NCBI GenBank assembly: GCA_964592365.1
Contig: CAZQDL010000001.1
Span: forward strand, 13,198-77,197
Direction: 5' to 3'
DNA length: 64,000 bases
DNA from: an uncultured Candidatus Saccharibacteria bacterium
GTDB lineage: Bacteria; Patescibacteriota; Minisyncoccia; Phycocordibacterales; UBA1006
This document shows, piece after piece, positions 48,380 through 57,353 of this stretch (its first letter is position 1; every line of letters begins with the position of its first letter). The notes under the pieces are model-generated. The model was given only the letters and a program-made list of their open reading frames with translations, was not told the origin of the DNA and did no database searches. The position numbers and the translations under genes are program-made.

Positions 48380-50035
48380 ATGAAAATCAATATCAAAAAA
48401 GTAATACTCTTTATCATCATTAGTACCGCACTCATTTTAGGAGGGGTATGGCTTTTTGGATATTTTCAAAATGGTAATCAAGGTGAAGAAACTTCAGGTG
48501 GTTTAAGAAATTTATTTCCATTCGGAGAAATCTTTTCTGGATCAAGGAATGAAGAAAATAGTCAAAACATCATTCTTGATGAAAATGGTAATCCTGTTCA
48601 ACAAGTTGATGGAGAAGAAGATGTTGTTAATGCAACAAGACCTCAACTTCAACTTATCACAAATAAACCAACAGGTGGTTTTGTAGCCTTAACAAGAATT
48701 ACACAGGAAGAAGTACTCACTGAAACAACCTTGCCTGACGGAACAACAAGTCAGCAATCATCTATTGCAGATATTGAGCAATCTCTCATTCGATATAGTG
48801 ATATTAATTCTGGTACGATATATGAAACAGCTCTCGGTGGTGAAAATGCATTCAATGAAGTAAAGGTGATTGATAATGTGATACCAAATGCTGAACACTC
48901 ATTTTTCTCAGCTAATGGTAACCATGTAGCCTTTCAATATTGGGATGAGGGAGATAGAGAAATAGAAACATATCTAGCAACGATAAGTCTTCTCTCATAC
49001 CAAGCTGAGCCTTGTGGATATAGTTTTGAAGGAACTCTAGTGCTTGGCGAAGAAAGTGAGTTTGCACTCAATCTCCATCGTTTCCTTAACTTAGTTCCAG
49101 AAACACAATTAGCAAGCTCAGGGATAAATAGTTTAGGAAATGAATCTCCTTTAGTAACACAGTCTACTTTCGATGCTATATCACGCTTCCAGACAGTTCA
49201 TAATCTTTCTGTTGATGGTTCATTAGGTCCTCAGACACGTTCAAAAATGATAGAAGTATGTAATCTTCAAGAAGAACAAAAGGCTAAGGAACGTTTTGAA
49301 AATTCAGATACTAAATATGAAATCTTTGGATCTTTTCTTCCAGAAGGAATAGTAAGTTTAAGTATGCACCCTCTTGAAAATAAACTTTTCTTTTTAGAAA
49401 AGAGTGCTTCAGGGATATTAGGGAATATATACGATCTAATGTCACAAGAACGGAAAACCGTATTTACATCACCATTCACTGAATGGTTAAGCTATTGGAA
49501 TATTGGTAGAAATGTTGAACTTGTAACCAAACCAAGTTATGGAGTTGAAGGGTATAGTTATAACTTGAATATTGATAATGGTGATTACAAAAAATCATTT
49601 AGAGAACGAAAAGGTCTTATGGTATTACCAAGTCCTGATGATAAGAAATTATTAGTATTTGATACTGAACAAGGTAGACCGAGTCTATCTATCTATGAAA
49701 GAGAATTAAATAGATTTCTCCCTCTATCCATTCAAACCTTTATAGATAAGTGTGTATGGTCAACTACTAGTGAATATCTCTTCTGTGGCGTTCCTGATTC
49801 GTTTGGATATGGTGATGTATACCCTGATACGTGGTATCAAGGACTTGAAACATACAGTGATAGTCTATGGAGAATTGACGCAACAACTCTTGAAGAAGAA
49901 GTTCTAAGCGACATGGTTAGTGATTATTCATTAAGCATTGATATTGAAAAAATTAATATTGATAGAAAAAATGAATTTCTGTTCTTTATTGATAAGAATT
50001 CTGAATTTCTTTGGAGTTATCGTATAGAAGAATAA
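48380..50035 (+). CDS. Membrane-anchored protein with a PG_binding_1-like domain and a C-terminal beta-rich domain
   Basis: N-terminal TM helix. TQSTFDAISRFQTVHNLSVDGSLGPQTRSKM fits the peptidoglycan-binding domain pattern. It is translationally coupled to the upstream M15 gene (4-nt gap). Confidence 0.5.
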   Translation: MKINIKKVILFIIISTALILGGVWLFGYFQNGNQGEETSGGLRNLFPFGEIFSGSRNEENSQNIILDENGNPVQQVDGEEDVVNATRPQLQLITNKPTGGFVALTRITQEEVLTETTLPDGTTSQQSSIADIEQSLIRYSDINSGTIYETALGGENAFNEVKVIDNVIPNAEHSFFSANGNHVAFQYWDEGDREIETYLATISLLSYQAEPCGYSFEGTLVLGEESEFALNLHRFLNLVPETQLASSGINSLGNESPLVTQSTFDAISRFQTVHNLSVDGSLGPQTRSKMIEVCNLQEEQKAKERFENSDTKYEIFGSFLPEGIVSLSMHPLENKLFFLEKSASGILGNIYDLMSQERKTVFTSPFTEWLSYWNIGRNVELVTKPSYGVEGYSYNLNIDNGDYKKSFRERKGLMVLPSPDDKKLLVFDTEQGRPSLSIYERELNRFLPLSIQTFIDKCVWSTTSEYLFCGVPDSFGYGDVYPDTWYQGLETYSDSLWRIDATTLEEEVLSDMVSDYSLSIDIEKINIDRKNEFLFFIDKNSEFLWSYRIEE

Positions 50036-50036
50036 T

Positions 50037-50064
50037 AAATACCACGTTTGTGGTATTTATTTTG
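50037..50064 (+). terminator. Intrinsic terminator
   Basis: aaataccac-gtttg-tggtatttattttg. Confidence 0.55.
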
Positions 50065-50097
50065 TTACAAACATAAAATTCATAGTATACTATATGC

Positions 50098-51945
50098 ATG
50101 TCATTGATTTCAGATCTACTTGAAACAAATAAAAATAAGGGAGTTCAAATAAAGCAAACTGCTGTTCCTGTAATGCCTGGTGATATCTACAAAACAGCAA
50201 CACTAGAACTTCAGGATGTTTTAGCTCCAGCAGCACTTGAAATTGGCCCTAAATCAATAAAAATTGCAGGAAAAACATCACGTACTTTTTTTGTTATGTC
50301 ATATCCTCGTTTTCTAACTGATGGATGGCTTGCTCCTATTGTTAATCTGGATAAGGTTTTTGATGTTGGAATTCATATTCACCCTATTGCAACAGAAAAA
50401 ATACTTAATGAATTTAAGAAAAAAGTTGCTGAAGTTCAATCACAAATCAATGATAGGGAATCAAAAGGCTTGGTTCGTGATCCAATTTTAGATACTGCAT
50501 ATCAAGACCTTGAACAACTGCGAGATGCTCTACAGCAAGCTCAAGAAAAAATATTCTCTGTTGGTTTATATATCACTATCTATGCTGAAAGTGATGATGA
50601 ATTGTATAAGACAGAGAATGAAATTAGATCTCTACTTGAATCAAAATTGGTATATTTAAAACCAGCATTGTTTCAACAAGTAGAAGGTTTCTTATCTGTT
50701 GCACCATTAGGGGATGATCGTTTGGAAGTTCACACAAAGTTAAATACAGGACCTGTATCATCCTTCTTTCCATTTATTTCCTCAGAACTTACTGACAACA
50801 AGGGAATTCTCTATGGTATTAATAGACATAATTCTGGATTAGTTATTTTTGATAGGTATTCATTACCTAACTACAACTCTGTGATATTTGCTACTTCAGG
50901 AGCAGGAAAGTCATATGCAACGAAGTTAGAGATTCTTCGAACTATGATGTTTGATACTGAAGTTATTGTTATTGACCCTGAGCGTGAGTATGAATACTTA
51001 GCAGAAGCTGTTGGAGGACGTTACTTTAACATTTCTCTTTCTTCAGAACATCACATTAACCCTTTTGATGTTCCTGAACCTCTTGATGATGAAGATCCAT
51101 CAGATGTGTTAAGAACACATATTATTCACTTAGTTGGTCTCTTTAGAATTATGTTAGGAGGATTATCTCCTGAAGAAGATTCTATTATCGATAGAGCTAT
51201 TACTGAAACCTATGCACTTAAAGACATTAGCGTTTCAAGTAACTACAAGGGAATTGAACCTCCACTTATGTCAGATTTTGAGATGGTTCTCTCTTCAATG
51301 GATGGAAGTGATTCACTTCTTGCAAGACTTACTAAATATACTCATGGAACATGGTCTGGTTTTATTAACAAACCATCAAATGTTGATATTAACAGGAAAC
51401 TGGTTGTATTCTCAATTAGAGATATGGAAGATGATCTTAAGCCAGCTGCTATGTATATCATCACCCAATTCATCTGGAATGCAGTTAGAAAGAACATCAA
51501 GAAAAGGTTGTTGGTAGTTGATGAGGCTTGGTGGATGATGAAGTCAGATGATACTGCTTCATTCCTATTTATGATTGCAAAACGTGGAAGAAAATATTTC
51601 TTAGGTCTTGCAACGATAACTCAAGACGTTGGTGACTTCATCAAATCACGATATGGAGTACCTATTATCACTAACAGCTCAATGCAATTACTTCTCAAGC
51701 AATCGCCCAGTGCTATTGATAATCTTCAGGAGATATTCAGATTAACTGATGAAGAGAAATATCTCCTTATGGAATCTGGAGTAGGTGAAGGAATATTCTT
51801 TGCAGGTATGAAGCATGTGGCTATTAAAATAATTGCATCATACACCGAAGATCAAATTATCACCTCTGATCCTGCTCAAGTACTTTCAATTAAAAAGGCA
51901 AAACAAGATTTGAGAGATGCAAATGCTCAAGGCTATGCAAATTAA
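50098..51945 (+). CDS. virB4: VirB4/TrbE/CagE-family conjugation-type ATPase (Gram-positive short form)
   Basis: Walker A ATSGAGKSYATK, Walker B LLVVDEAWWMM, and the conserved N-terminal RTFFVMSYPRFL region. Confidence 0.8.
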   Translation: MSLISDLLETNKNKGVQIKQTAVPVMPGDIYKTATLELQDVLAPAALEIGPKSIKIAGKTSRTFFVMSYPRFLTDGWLAPIVNLDKVFDVGIHIHPIATEKILNEFKKKVAEVQSQINDRESKGLVRDPILDTAYQDLEQLRDALQQAQEKIFSVGLYITIYAESDDELYKTENEIRSLLESKLVYLKPALFQQVEGFLSVAPLGDDRLEVHTKLNTGPVSSFFPFISSELTDNKGILYGINRHNSGLVIFDRYSLPNYNSVIFATSGAGKSYATKLEILRTMMFDTEVIVIDPEREYEYLAEAVGGRYFNISLSSEHHINPFDVPEPLDDEDPSDVLRTHIIHLVGLFRIMLGGLSPEEDSIIDRAITETYALKDISVSSNYKGIEPPLMSDFEMVLSSMDGSDSLLARLTKYTHGTWSGFINKPSNVDINRKLVVFSIRDMEDDLKPAAMYIITQFIWNAVRKNIKKRLLVVDEAWWMMKSDDTASFLFMIAKRGRKYFLGLATITQDVGDFIKSRYGVPIITNSSMQLLLKQSPSAIDNLQEIFRLTDEEKYLLMESGVGEGIFFAGMKHVAIKIIASYTEDQIITSDPAQVLSIKKAKQDLRDANAQGYAN

Positions 51946-51968
51946 AAGCTTCTGTATATCAGAAGCTT
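51945..51968. terminator. Bidirectional terminator (virB4 / jag)
   Basis: aaagcttct-gtatatc-agaagcttt. Confidence 0.65.
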
Positions 51969-52415
51969 TTATTCTTTAATCATTTTCAAACGTCTATCTA
52001 TTCCTTGTCCTTCTGAAACAGTACTCACTCCAGGTATTTGAGCAGTAAGGTGGTGAACGAGCATTCTTTTAAAAGAGCTTAATCTTCCAAATTCGTATGG
52101 TTTACCAAATTGTAAAACTCTTTTAGAGGCTATAGCTGTTATCTCCTTTATATATTCAATTTCTTTACATGTTTCTCCATTAATATCGATAAGATATTCT
52201 TCTTCAAGTGAAAGGGAATTGATAATATGTTTCACTATGTAGGAAAAGGCATCAAGGAATTCCTTCTTATTCTCTCCTTTGTATACTGATGATGGAATAG
52301 TGAAGGACACAACAGAGAAACCAAGTTCCTTTTCATGGATACACTCAACCATATTAATATTCAATCTAAAATATGAGAGAAATTTACTAAGTTCTTTTTC
52401 AAGGATACTGTTCAT
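51969..52415 (-). CDS. Jag/KhpB-like RNA-binding protein (R3H domain)
   Basis: C-terminal R3H-like LSSFKRMLVHHLTAQIPGVSTVSEGQG. Positioned downstream of yidC as in the canonical operon. The start was chosen at MNSILE to avoid overlapping yidC. Confidence 0.55.
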   Translation of the reverse strand: MNSILEKELSKFLSYFRLNINMVECIHEKELGFSVVSFTIPSSVYKGENKKEFLDAFSYIVKHIINSLSLEEEYLIDINGETCKEIEYIKEITAIASKRVLQFGKPYEFGRLSSFKRMLVHHLTAQIPGVSTVSEGQGIDRRLKMIKE

Positions 52416-52441
52416 ATCTCTAGTATACCAAAAGAAAAAAC

Positions 52442-53167
52442 CTATGCTTCGCTTAGGTTTTCTTTTGTTATTTTCTTCTGTAGATACTGTTCTTGAATAA
52501 TCATAAATACATTTGAAGTTATCCAATATAGTGCAACAGCTCCACCGATAACATAGGCAAATACGGTGATCATAACCGGCATGATGTATTTCATTGATTG
52601 CTGAACCATCATCATCATCTTTTCTTGCTCAGTTTGATTTTCCACACTGTCATCTTTCTTCATGGTAGAAGCAGTAGCAAGATAAATGTATTGAGTAAAT
52701 CCAGTAAGGAAGGCGAGAAGTATGCTTTTTTGTGATAAGTCTAAACCAAAACTAGTTTTTACAATGAGGTCTGGTTCCTGAACAAATGAGTAGAGTAGTG
52801 TAGGATCAATTTCAAGTCCTCCATCTTTGAATACCCAATATAATGCGAGGATAATAGGTAATTGAACAAGAATTAAGAAGAAACTTGAGAAGGGATTAAC
52901 TCCATGCTTCTTGTATAAAGCTAAGGTAGCCCTTGCTTGCTCCTGCTTATCCTTAATGAGCTTAATATCCTTAAGCATAGGTTGCAGTTGCTTTGTCTTT
53001 AATTGAGTCTTAATTGCCTTATATGAAAGCGGAGAGATAAGTAAACGTACAATAATGGTAAGTATTATAACAGCAAGAAACAATGAATTATTAGGGAGAG
53101 TATCTATAATAAAAAAGAGTGCATTGTACAGTGGTTTATAAAAAATAATATTCCAAAGAGTAACCAT
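52442..53167 (-). CDS. yidC: Membrane protein insertase YidC (short, monoderm type)
   Basis: 241 aa, about 5 TM helices, conserved hydrophilic-groove region. Located in the rnpA-yidC operon. Confidence 0.8.
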   Translation of the reverse strand: MVTLWNIIFYKPLYNALFFIIDTLPNNSLFLAVIILTIIVRLLISPLSYKAIKTQLKTKQLQPMLKDIKLIKDKQEQARATLALYKKHGVNPFSSFFLILVQLPIILALYWVFKDGGLEIDPTLLYSFVQEPDLIVKTSFGLDLSQKSILLAFLTGFTQYIYLATASTMKKDDSVENQTEQEKMMMMVQQSMKYIMPVMITVFAYVIGGAVALYWITSNVFMIIQEQYLQKKITKENLSEA

Positions 53168-53199
53168 ACAGAAGATTGTAGCAGATGAACTAAAACAAG

Positions 53200-53532
53200 C
53201 TAGTTTTTAATAGACAACAATAATATTGTTAATGAAGAAGAAAGTTCTTCAAAAGTAGCATGATCAATTGATTCTTTTAACGAGACAATAATACTTTTTC
53301 CTGGCAATAGCTGTGGATAGATATTTGCTATTATTTGGGCAATTTTTCTCTTATTTTTATTCCTTTGATAAGCTTTTTTATAAATCTTTTTTGGAATTAC
53401 AACTGCACATTTTGTTATTTCTTCTTTTAAATCAAATACTTGAATCTGAAAATATGTATTCGAAAAACGTTGCCCTTTTTTAAGAACCAGAAGATGTTCC
53501 TTACTATTTAATTTTTGTGATTTTTTTAGCAT
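53200..53532 (-). CDS. rnpA: Ribonuclease P protein component
   Basis: Basic 110-aa protein lying between rpmH and yidC. Confidence 0.7.
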   Translation of the reverse strand: MLKKSQKLNSKEHLLVLKKGQRFSNTYFQIQVFDLKEEITKCAVVIPKKIYKKAYQRNKNKRKIAQIIANIYPQLLPGKSIIVSLKESIDHATFEELSSSLTILLLSIKN

Positions 53533-53575
53533 AAGAATGGTTCTGGTAGATAAAAACCCTTAAAAATAAGGGTTT

Positions 53576-53725
53576 TTATGCAACGGTAAGACGCTTTCGT
53601 TCTTTTCGTCGACGAGTAAGGATTATTTTTCTACCTCCTGCAGTTTTCATTCGTGCAAGAAATCCATGTACCTTAAACATCTTTCTATTTTTTCTTTTTC
53701 TTAATGTTTGTGACTTAGCTGCCAT
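53576..53725 (-). CDS. rpmH: 50S ribosomal protein L34
   Basis: The translation MAAKSQTLRKRKNRKMFKVHGFLARMKTAGGRKIILTRRRKERKRLTVA is not in the supplied ORF track because it is under 60 aa. It was read manually. Confidence 0.85.
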   Translation of the reverse strand: MAAKSQTLRKRKNRKMFKVHGFLARMKTAGGRKIILTRRRKERKRLTVA

Positions 53726-53816
53726 GATAGTATTTATCTTAAGTAAATAAAGATAATGTTGATATTAATATACTTGTGAAAATAAGCAAGTCTTTATTTT
53801 TATTATTTTTTAATTC

Positions 53817-53848
53817 TTTTCCACAGAGTTATGCACCATTTGGATAAC
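53817..53848. promoter_or_regulatory. DnaA-box-like motifs upstream of dnaA
   Basis: TTTTCCACA at 53817-53825 and TTATCCA, read on the reverse complement of tggataac, at 53841-53848. Consensus is TTATCCACA. Confidence 0.5.
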
Positions 53849-53895
53849 TTACTTTTTTCCTTTTTTAGTATTATATTAGTTGTAGTAAAAAACCT

Positions 53896-55251
53896 ATGGA
53901 ATATACACCAGAAAAAATTTGGGAGGGAGTTCTTGCTCAAGTAGAACTTGAGATATCAAAACCTAATTACAACACGTGGTTTAAAAACACTTTTGCTATT
54001 AACAAAGATGGTTCTACTTTTATCGTCGGTGTACCTAATGAATTTAATAAGGAATGGTTATATACAAAGTTTAATAAGATGATTATCACTACTCTTAGAA
54101 ATTTTGATCAAAACATTAGAAACGTTGAGTATGTTGTTCAGAAAGATAAGACTAAAATTGAAAAAGAAGTTCTTTCTCAAAGAGTTCATCAATCTGAGAT
54201 AGAATCACTTCCTCTTAAAAAAGCAGAGGTAAATAAAGAAAACAATTTAAATGAACGATATTCATTTAATTCCTTCGTGGTTGGGCCCTTTAATGAACTT
54301 GCATATTCTGCATCCCAAGCGATTATCAAAAAACCTGGGGTATATAATCCTTTATTTATTTATGGATCAACTGGATTAGGAAAGACTCACCTTATCCAAG
54401 CAACAGGTAACAAATTACAGGAAATGTTTCCAAACATTACCATCTTCTACACGAGTTCAGAAAAATTCTCTCAAGACTATGTTAATGCCTTAAAGAATAA
54501 CAAAATAAACCAATTCAAAAATAGATACAGAAATTATGATATTTTGATTATGGATGATATACAATTCTTTTCTGGAAAAGAAAAACTACAGGAAGAACTA
54601 TTTCACCTATTTAATATTCTGTATGACAGAGGTAAACAAATTATTTTTTCATCAGATAAACATCCAAACTATATTATTGGATTGGAAGATAGGTTACGTT
54701 CCCGATTTTCAGCTGGAATGATTGTAGATGTGAATAAGCCTGATTACGAATCACGAGCTGCATTACTTAAAACCAAGTCTGCTGAAAAAGGTATTGAGAT
54801 GAGTGAGGAAGTAATTGATTTTCTTGCTACAAATATTGAAGGAAACGTAAGGGAATTGGAAGGTATTCTAAATACCGTAACCATTCAAACAGATATTAGA
54901 AACAGAAGGTTAACAATAGGGGAGGTTAAGTCCTTAATTAAAAATAATGTAAAACCAAAGAAACACCTTGCTGTTGAAGAAATTGTTAAGATTATTGCTG
55001 GATACTACAACATTGATCCACAACTAATTATTGAAAAAACAAGAAAGAAAGAAGTTGTATATATTAGACAAGTAACTATGTATCTTCTTCGAGAATATTT
55101 TAATCTTTCATATCCAGGAATTGGAAAAGAAATAGGAGGTAGAGACCACACAACGGTAATGCACTCTTGTGAAAAGATTAAAGAGAAGAAAGAAAATGAT
55201 CCAAATTTAGTTCAAGAACTAGAACAATTAGAAGCAATTCTAAATGTATAA
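53896..55251 (+). CDS. dnaA: Chromosomal replication initiator DnaA
   Basis: AAA+ motifs GSTGLGKTHL and DDIQF. C-terminal DnaA-box binding helix. Confidence 0.92.
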   Translation: MEYTPEKIWEGVLAQVELEISKPNYNTWFKNTFAINKDGSTFIVGVPNEFNKEWLYTKFNKMIITTLRNFDQNIRNVEYVVQKDKTKIEKEVLSQRVHQSEIESLPLKKAEVNKENNLNERYSFNSFVVGPFNELAYSASQAIIKKPGVYNPLFIYGSTGLGKTHLIQATGNKLQEMFPNITIFYTSSEKFSQDYVNALKNNKINQFKNRYRNYDILIMDDIQFFSGKEKLQEELFHLFNILYDRGKQIIFSSDKHPNYIIGLEDRLRSRFSAGMIVDVNKPDYESRAALLKTKSAEKGIEMSEEVIDFLATNIEGNVRELEGILNTVTIQTDIRNRRLTIGEVKSLIKNNVKPKKHLAVEEIVKIIAGYYNIDPQLIIEKTRKKEVVYIRQVTMYLLREYFNLSYPGIGKEIGGRDHTTVMHSCEKIKEKKENDPNLVQELEQLEAILNV

Positions 55252-55477
55252 GTATGTGAATTTCGTGTTAATTAACTGAAGTACCTTCTGTGGAAAATAA
55301 CTGGGGAAATAATTGATTGAGGATAACTCATATTTAGTCACAGAAATACACACAGTGAAAAAATTATAAAATAGACATAAAAGCTTTATAAAATAATATT
55401 TTTTACACTATCAACACTTTCCACACCCCTAATAATAACTATAATTAATTTATATATAACTAACTACTTTTAATACT
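55252..55477. promoter_or_regulatory. Probable oriC (dnaA-dnaN intergenic region with DnaA boxes and an AT-rich DUE-like tract)
   Basis: tgtggaaaa at 55289-55297 is the reverse complement of TTTTCCACA. ggataact at 55321-55328 gives TTATCC. cTTTCCACAc at 55417-55426. An AT-rich tract at 55430-55477. Confidence 0.55.
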
Positions 55478-56578
55478 ATGAATGTACAATCAACTATTGA
55501 AAAAATTTCACATGCAGTAAGTAAGGTTCAAAAAATATCTGCAAAGAATGTGAGTCTCCCTATTTTGGAAAATGTCCTTCTTATCGCGGATGGAAATAAT
55601 CTGATAATGAGAGCTACTAATTTGCATGTTGGAGTGGAAGTAAGTGTTCCTGTGAAAGTTAAAAAAGAGGGTGCGGTTGCGGTAAATCTTTCTATCTTTG
55701 CAAATATCATTTCTAGTATTAAAAATGAAACAAATATTGAATTGATGTTAGAGGATCAAACCCTATCGATTATCACTGACTATTCACAAATGGAGTTAAA
55801 AACTTTTTCTTATGAAGATTTTCCAACCCTACCTCATCCTAAAGAAGAATTATTTTTTAATATAAACATCGAAGATTTTATTAATGGAATTCGATCAGTG
55901 ATGTACAGTGCTTCACAGTCTGATATCAAACCAGAAATATCTTCAGTATATATTTATAACCAAGAAGGAAATCTAACCTTCGTTTCAACTGATTCATTTC
56001 GATTAGCAGAGAAAAAAATAGAAGTGAAAGGTTTAGAAGATTTTCCTGGAGTAATTGTTCCAATTAGAAATATTCAAGAATGTGTGAAGGTATTTTCAGG
56101 TGATAACAAGGAAGTTAAATTAATTATTGAAAAAAACCAGTTAACAATTATTTCTTCAGATACTTACTTCACATCACGAATTGTTGATGGAAACTATCCT
56201 GATTATCAACAAATTATTCCTCAATCATTTCAAACAGAAGCTATTCTTTTGAAAGAAGACCTTATCCAAACCCTCAAATTAGTTAATGTATTTTCAAATA
56301 CTTTTAACCAAGTTTCTTTAAATACTATTGCAAAAGAAGGAAAGTTAAGTATTTCTTCAAGAAACACAGATATTGGGGAGAACAAATCAAAAATCGATGC
56401 TGCTATTTCTGGTTCTGATGTTGAAACCTTTGTAAATCATAGATATATATCAGATATATTTAGTTCAATTTCTTCAGACAGCATTAGTTTTTCATTTTTA
56501 GAGAAGAATAAACCTTTCGTGGTAAGAGGTGTTGGTGATACTAGTTTCCTTTACTTAATAATGCCAATGAATAGATAA
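55478..56578 (+). CDS. dnaN: DNA polymerase III beta sliding clamp
   Basis: 366 aa with three-domain clamp architecture, directly after dnaA. Confidence 0.85.
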   Translation: MNVQSTIEKISHAVSKVQKISAKNVSLPILENVLLIADGNNLIMRATNLHVGVEVSVPVKVKKEGAVAVNLSIFANIISSIKNETNIELMLEDQTLSIITDYSQMELKTFSYEDFPTLPHPKEELFFNINIEDFINGIRSVMYSASQSDIKPEISSVYIYNQEGNLTFVSTDSFRLAEKKIEVKGLEDFPGVIVPIRNIQECVKVFSGDNKEVKLIIEKNQLTIISSDTYFTSRIVDGNYPDYQQIIPQSFQTEAILLKEDLIQTLKLVNVFSNTFNQVSLNTIAKEGKLSISSRNTDIGENKSKIDAAISGSDVETFVNHRYISDIFSSISSDSISFSFLEKNKPFVVRGVGDTSFLYLIMPMNR

Positions 56579-56598
56579 AACACCGTTAGGTGTTTTTT
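56577..56598 (+). terminator. Intrinsic terminator after dnaN
   Basis: aaacacc-gtta-ggtgttttttg. Confidence 0.6.
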
Positions 56599-56856
56599 GT
56601 ATATACTGTAATTATGGTTATTTCACTAAAAGATATCATTGAAAAAAAATCATTTAATTCCAAAGAAGAAGAAATTATTATTTCTATTTTTAAGGAACTG
56701 TCTGATGATTTTAATAAAAGTAATTTTGAATTTAACAAAGGTATTTTAACTTTTAAAAATATTGGATCTTCTATGAAAATGGCTATTATAATGAAAAAGA
56801 GTATTTTCCTAAAAAAGATGAAAGAGAAGGGTTTGTATATACGTGATATTATATAA
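56590..56856 (+). CDS. Hypothetical small protein
   Basis: ORF only. The start is uncertain because it overlaps the dnaN terminator. Confidence 0.25.
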   Translation: MFFVYTVIMVISLKDIIEKKSFNSKEEEIIISIFKELSDDFNKSNFEFNKGILTFKNIGSSMKMAIIMKKSIFLKKMKEKGLYIRDII

Positions 56857-56858
56857 TC

Positions 56859-57335
56859 ATGATAGTTCTTGGTATTGATCCTGGGTATGATCGCTTAGGT
56901 ATAGCGGTAATTGAAAAAACAGATTCTGAAAACATTCTTTATTCAGAATGTTTTCAAACAATGTCTTCACAAGAATTAAATATTCGATTTCTTGCCGTTG
57001 GAAAAAGAATCAGAGAGGTTATCGAACAATATCATCCTGATATTGTTGCGGTTGAAGATATTTATTTTAGTAAAAACACAAAAACAGCAATGGCTGTTGC
57101 TCATGTTCGAGGTATCATCATTTTTCAAGCATTAGATAAGTCTATTAGAGTAACTGAACATACTCCTAATCAAATAAAAGTGGCTACAACAGGATATGGA
57201 TCTGCTTCTAAGTCAGAAGTTCACACTATGGTTAAAAGATTAATTAATCTAGAGAACAGGAAATATATTGATGATGAAATTGATGCTATTGCCATTGCTA
57301 TTACTTCTCTTGCAACATACAAAACAAAACAATAA
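56859..57335 (+). CDS. ruvC: Holliday junction resolvase RuvC
   Basis: MIVLGIDPGYDRLGIAV start and the conserved catalytic Asp/Glu positions. Confidence 0.85.
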   Translation: MIVLGIDPGYDRLGIAVIEKTDSENILYSECFQTMSSQELNIRFLAVGKRIREVIEQYHPDIVAVEDIYFSKNTKTAMAVAHVRGIIIFQALDKSIRVTEHTPNQIKVATTGYGSASKSEVHTMVKRLINLENRKYIDDEIDAIAIAITSLATYKTKQ

Positions 57336-57353
57336 TGTACAAAGTTTTGCAGT

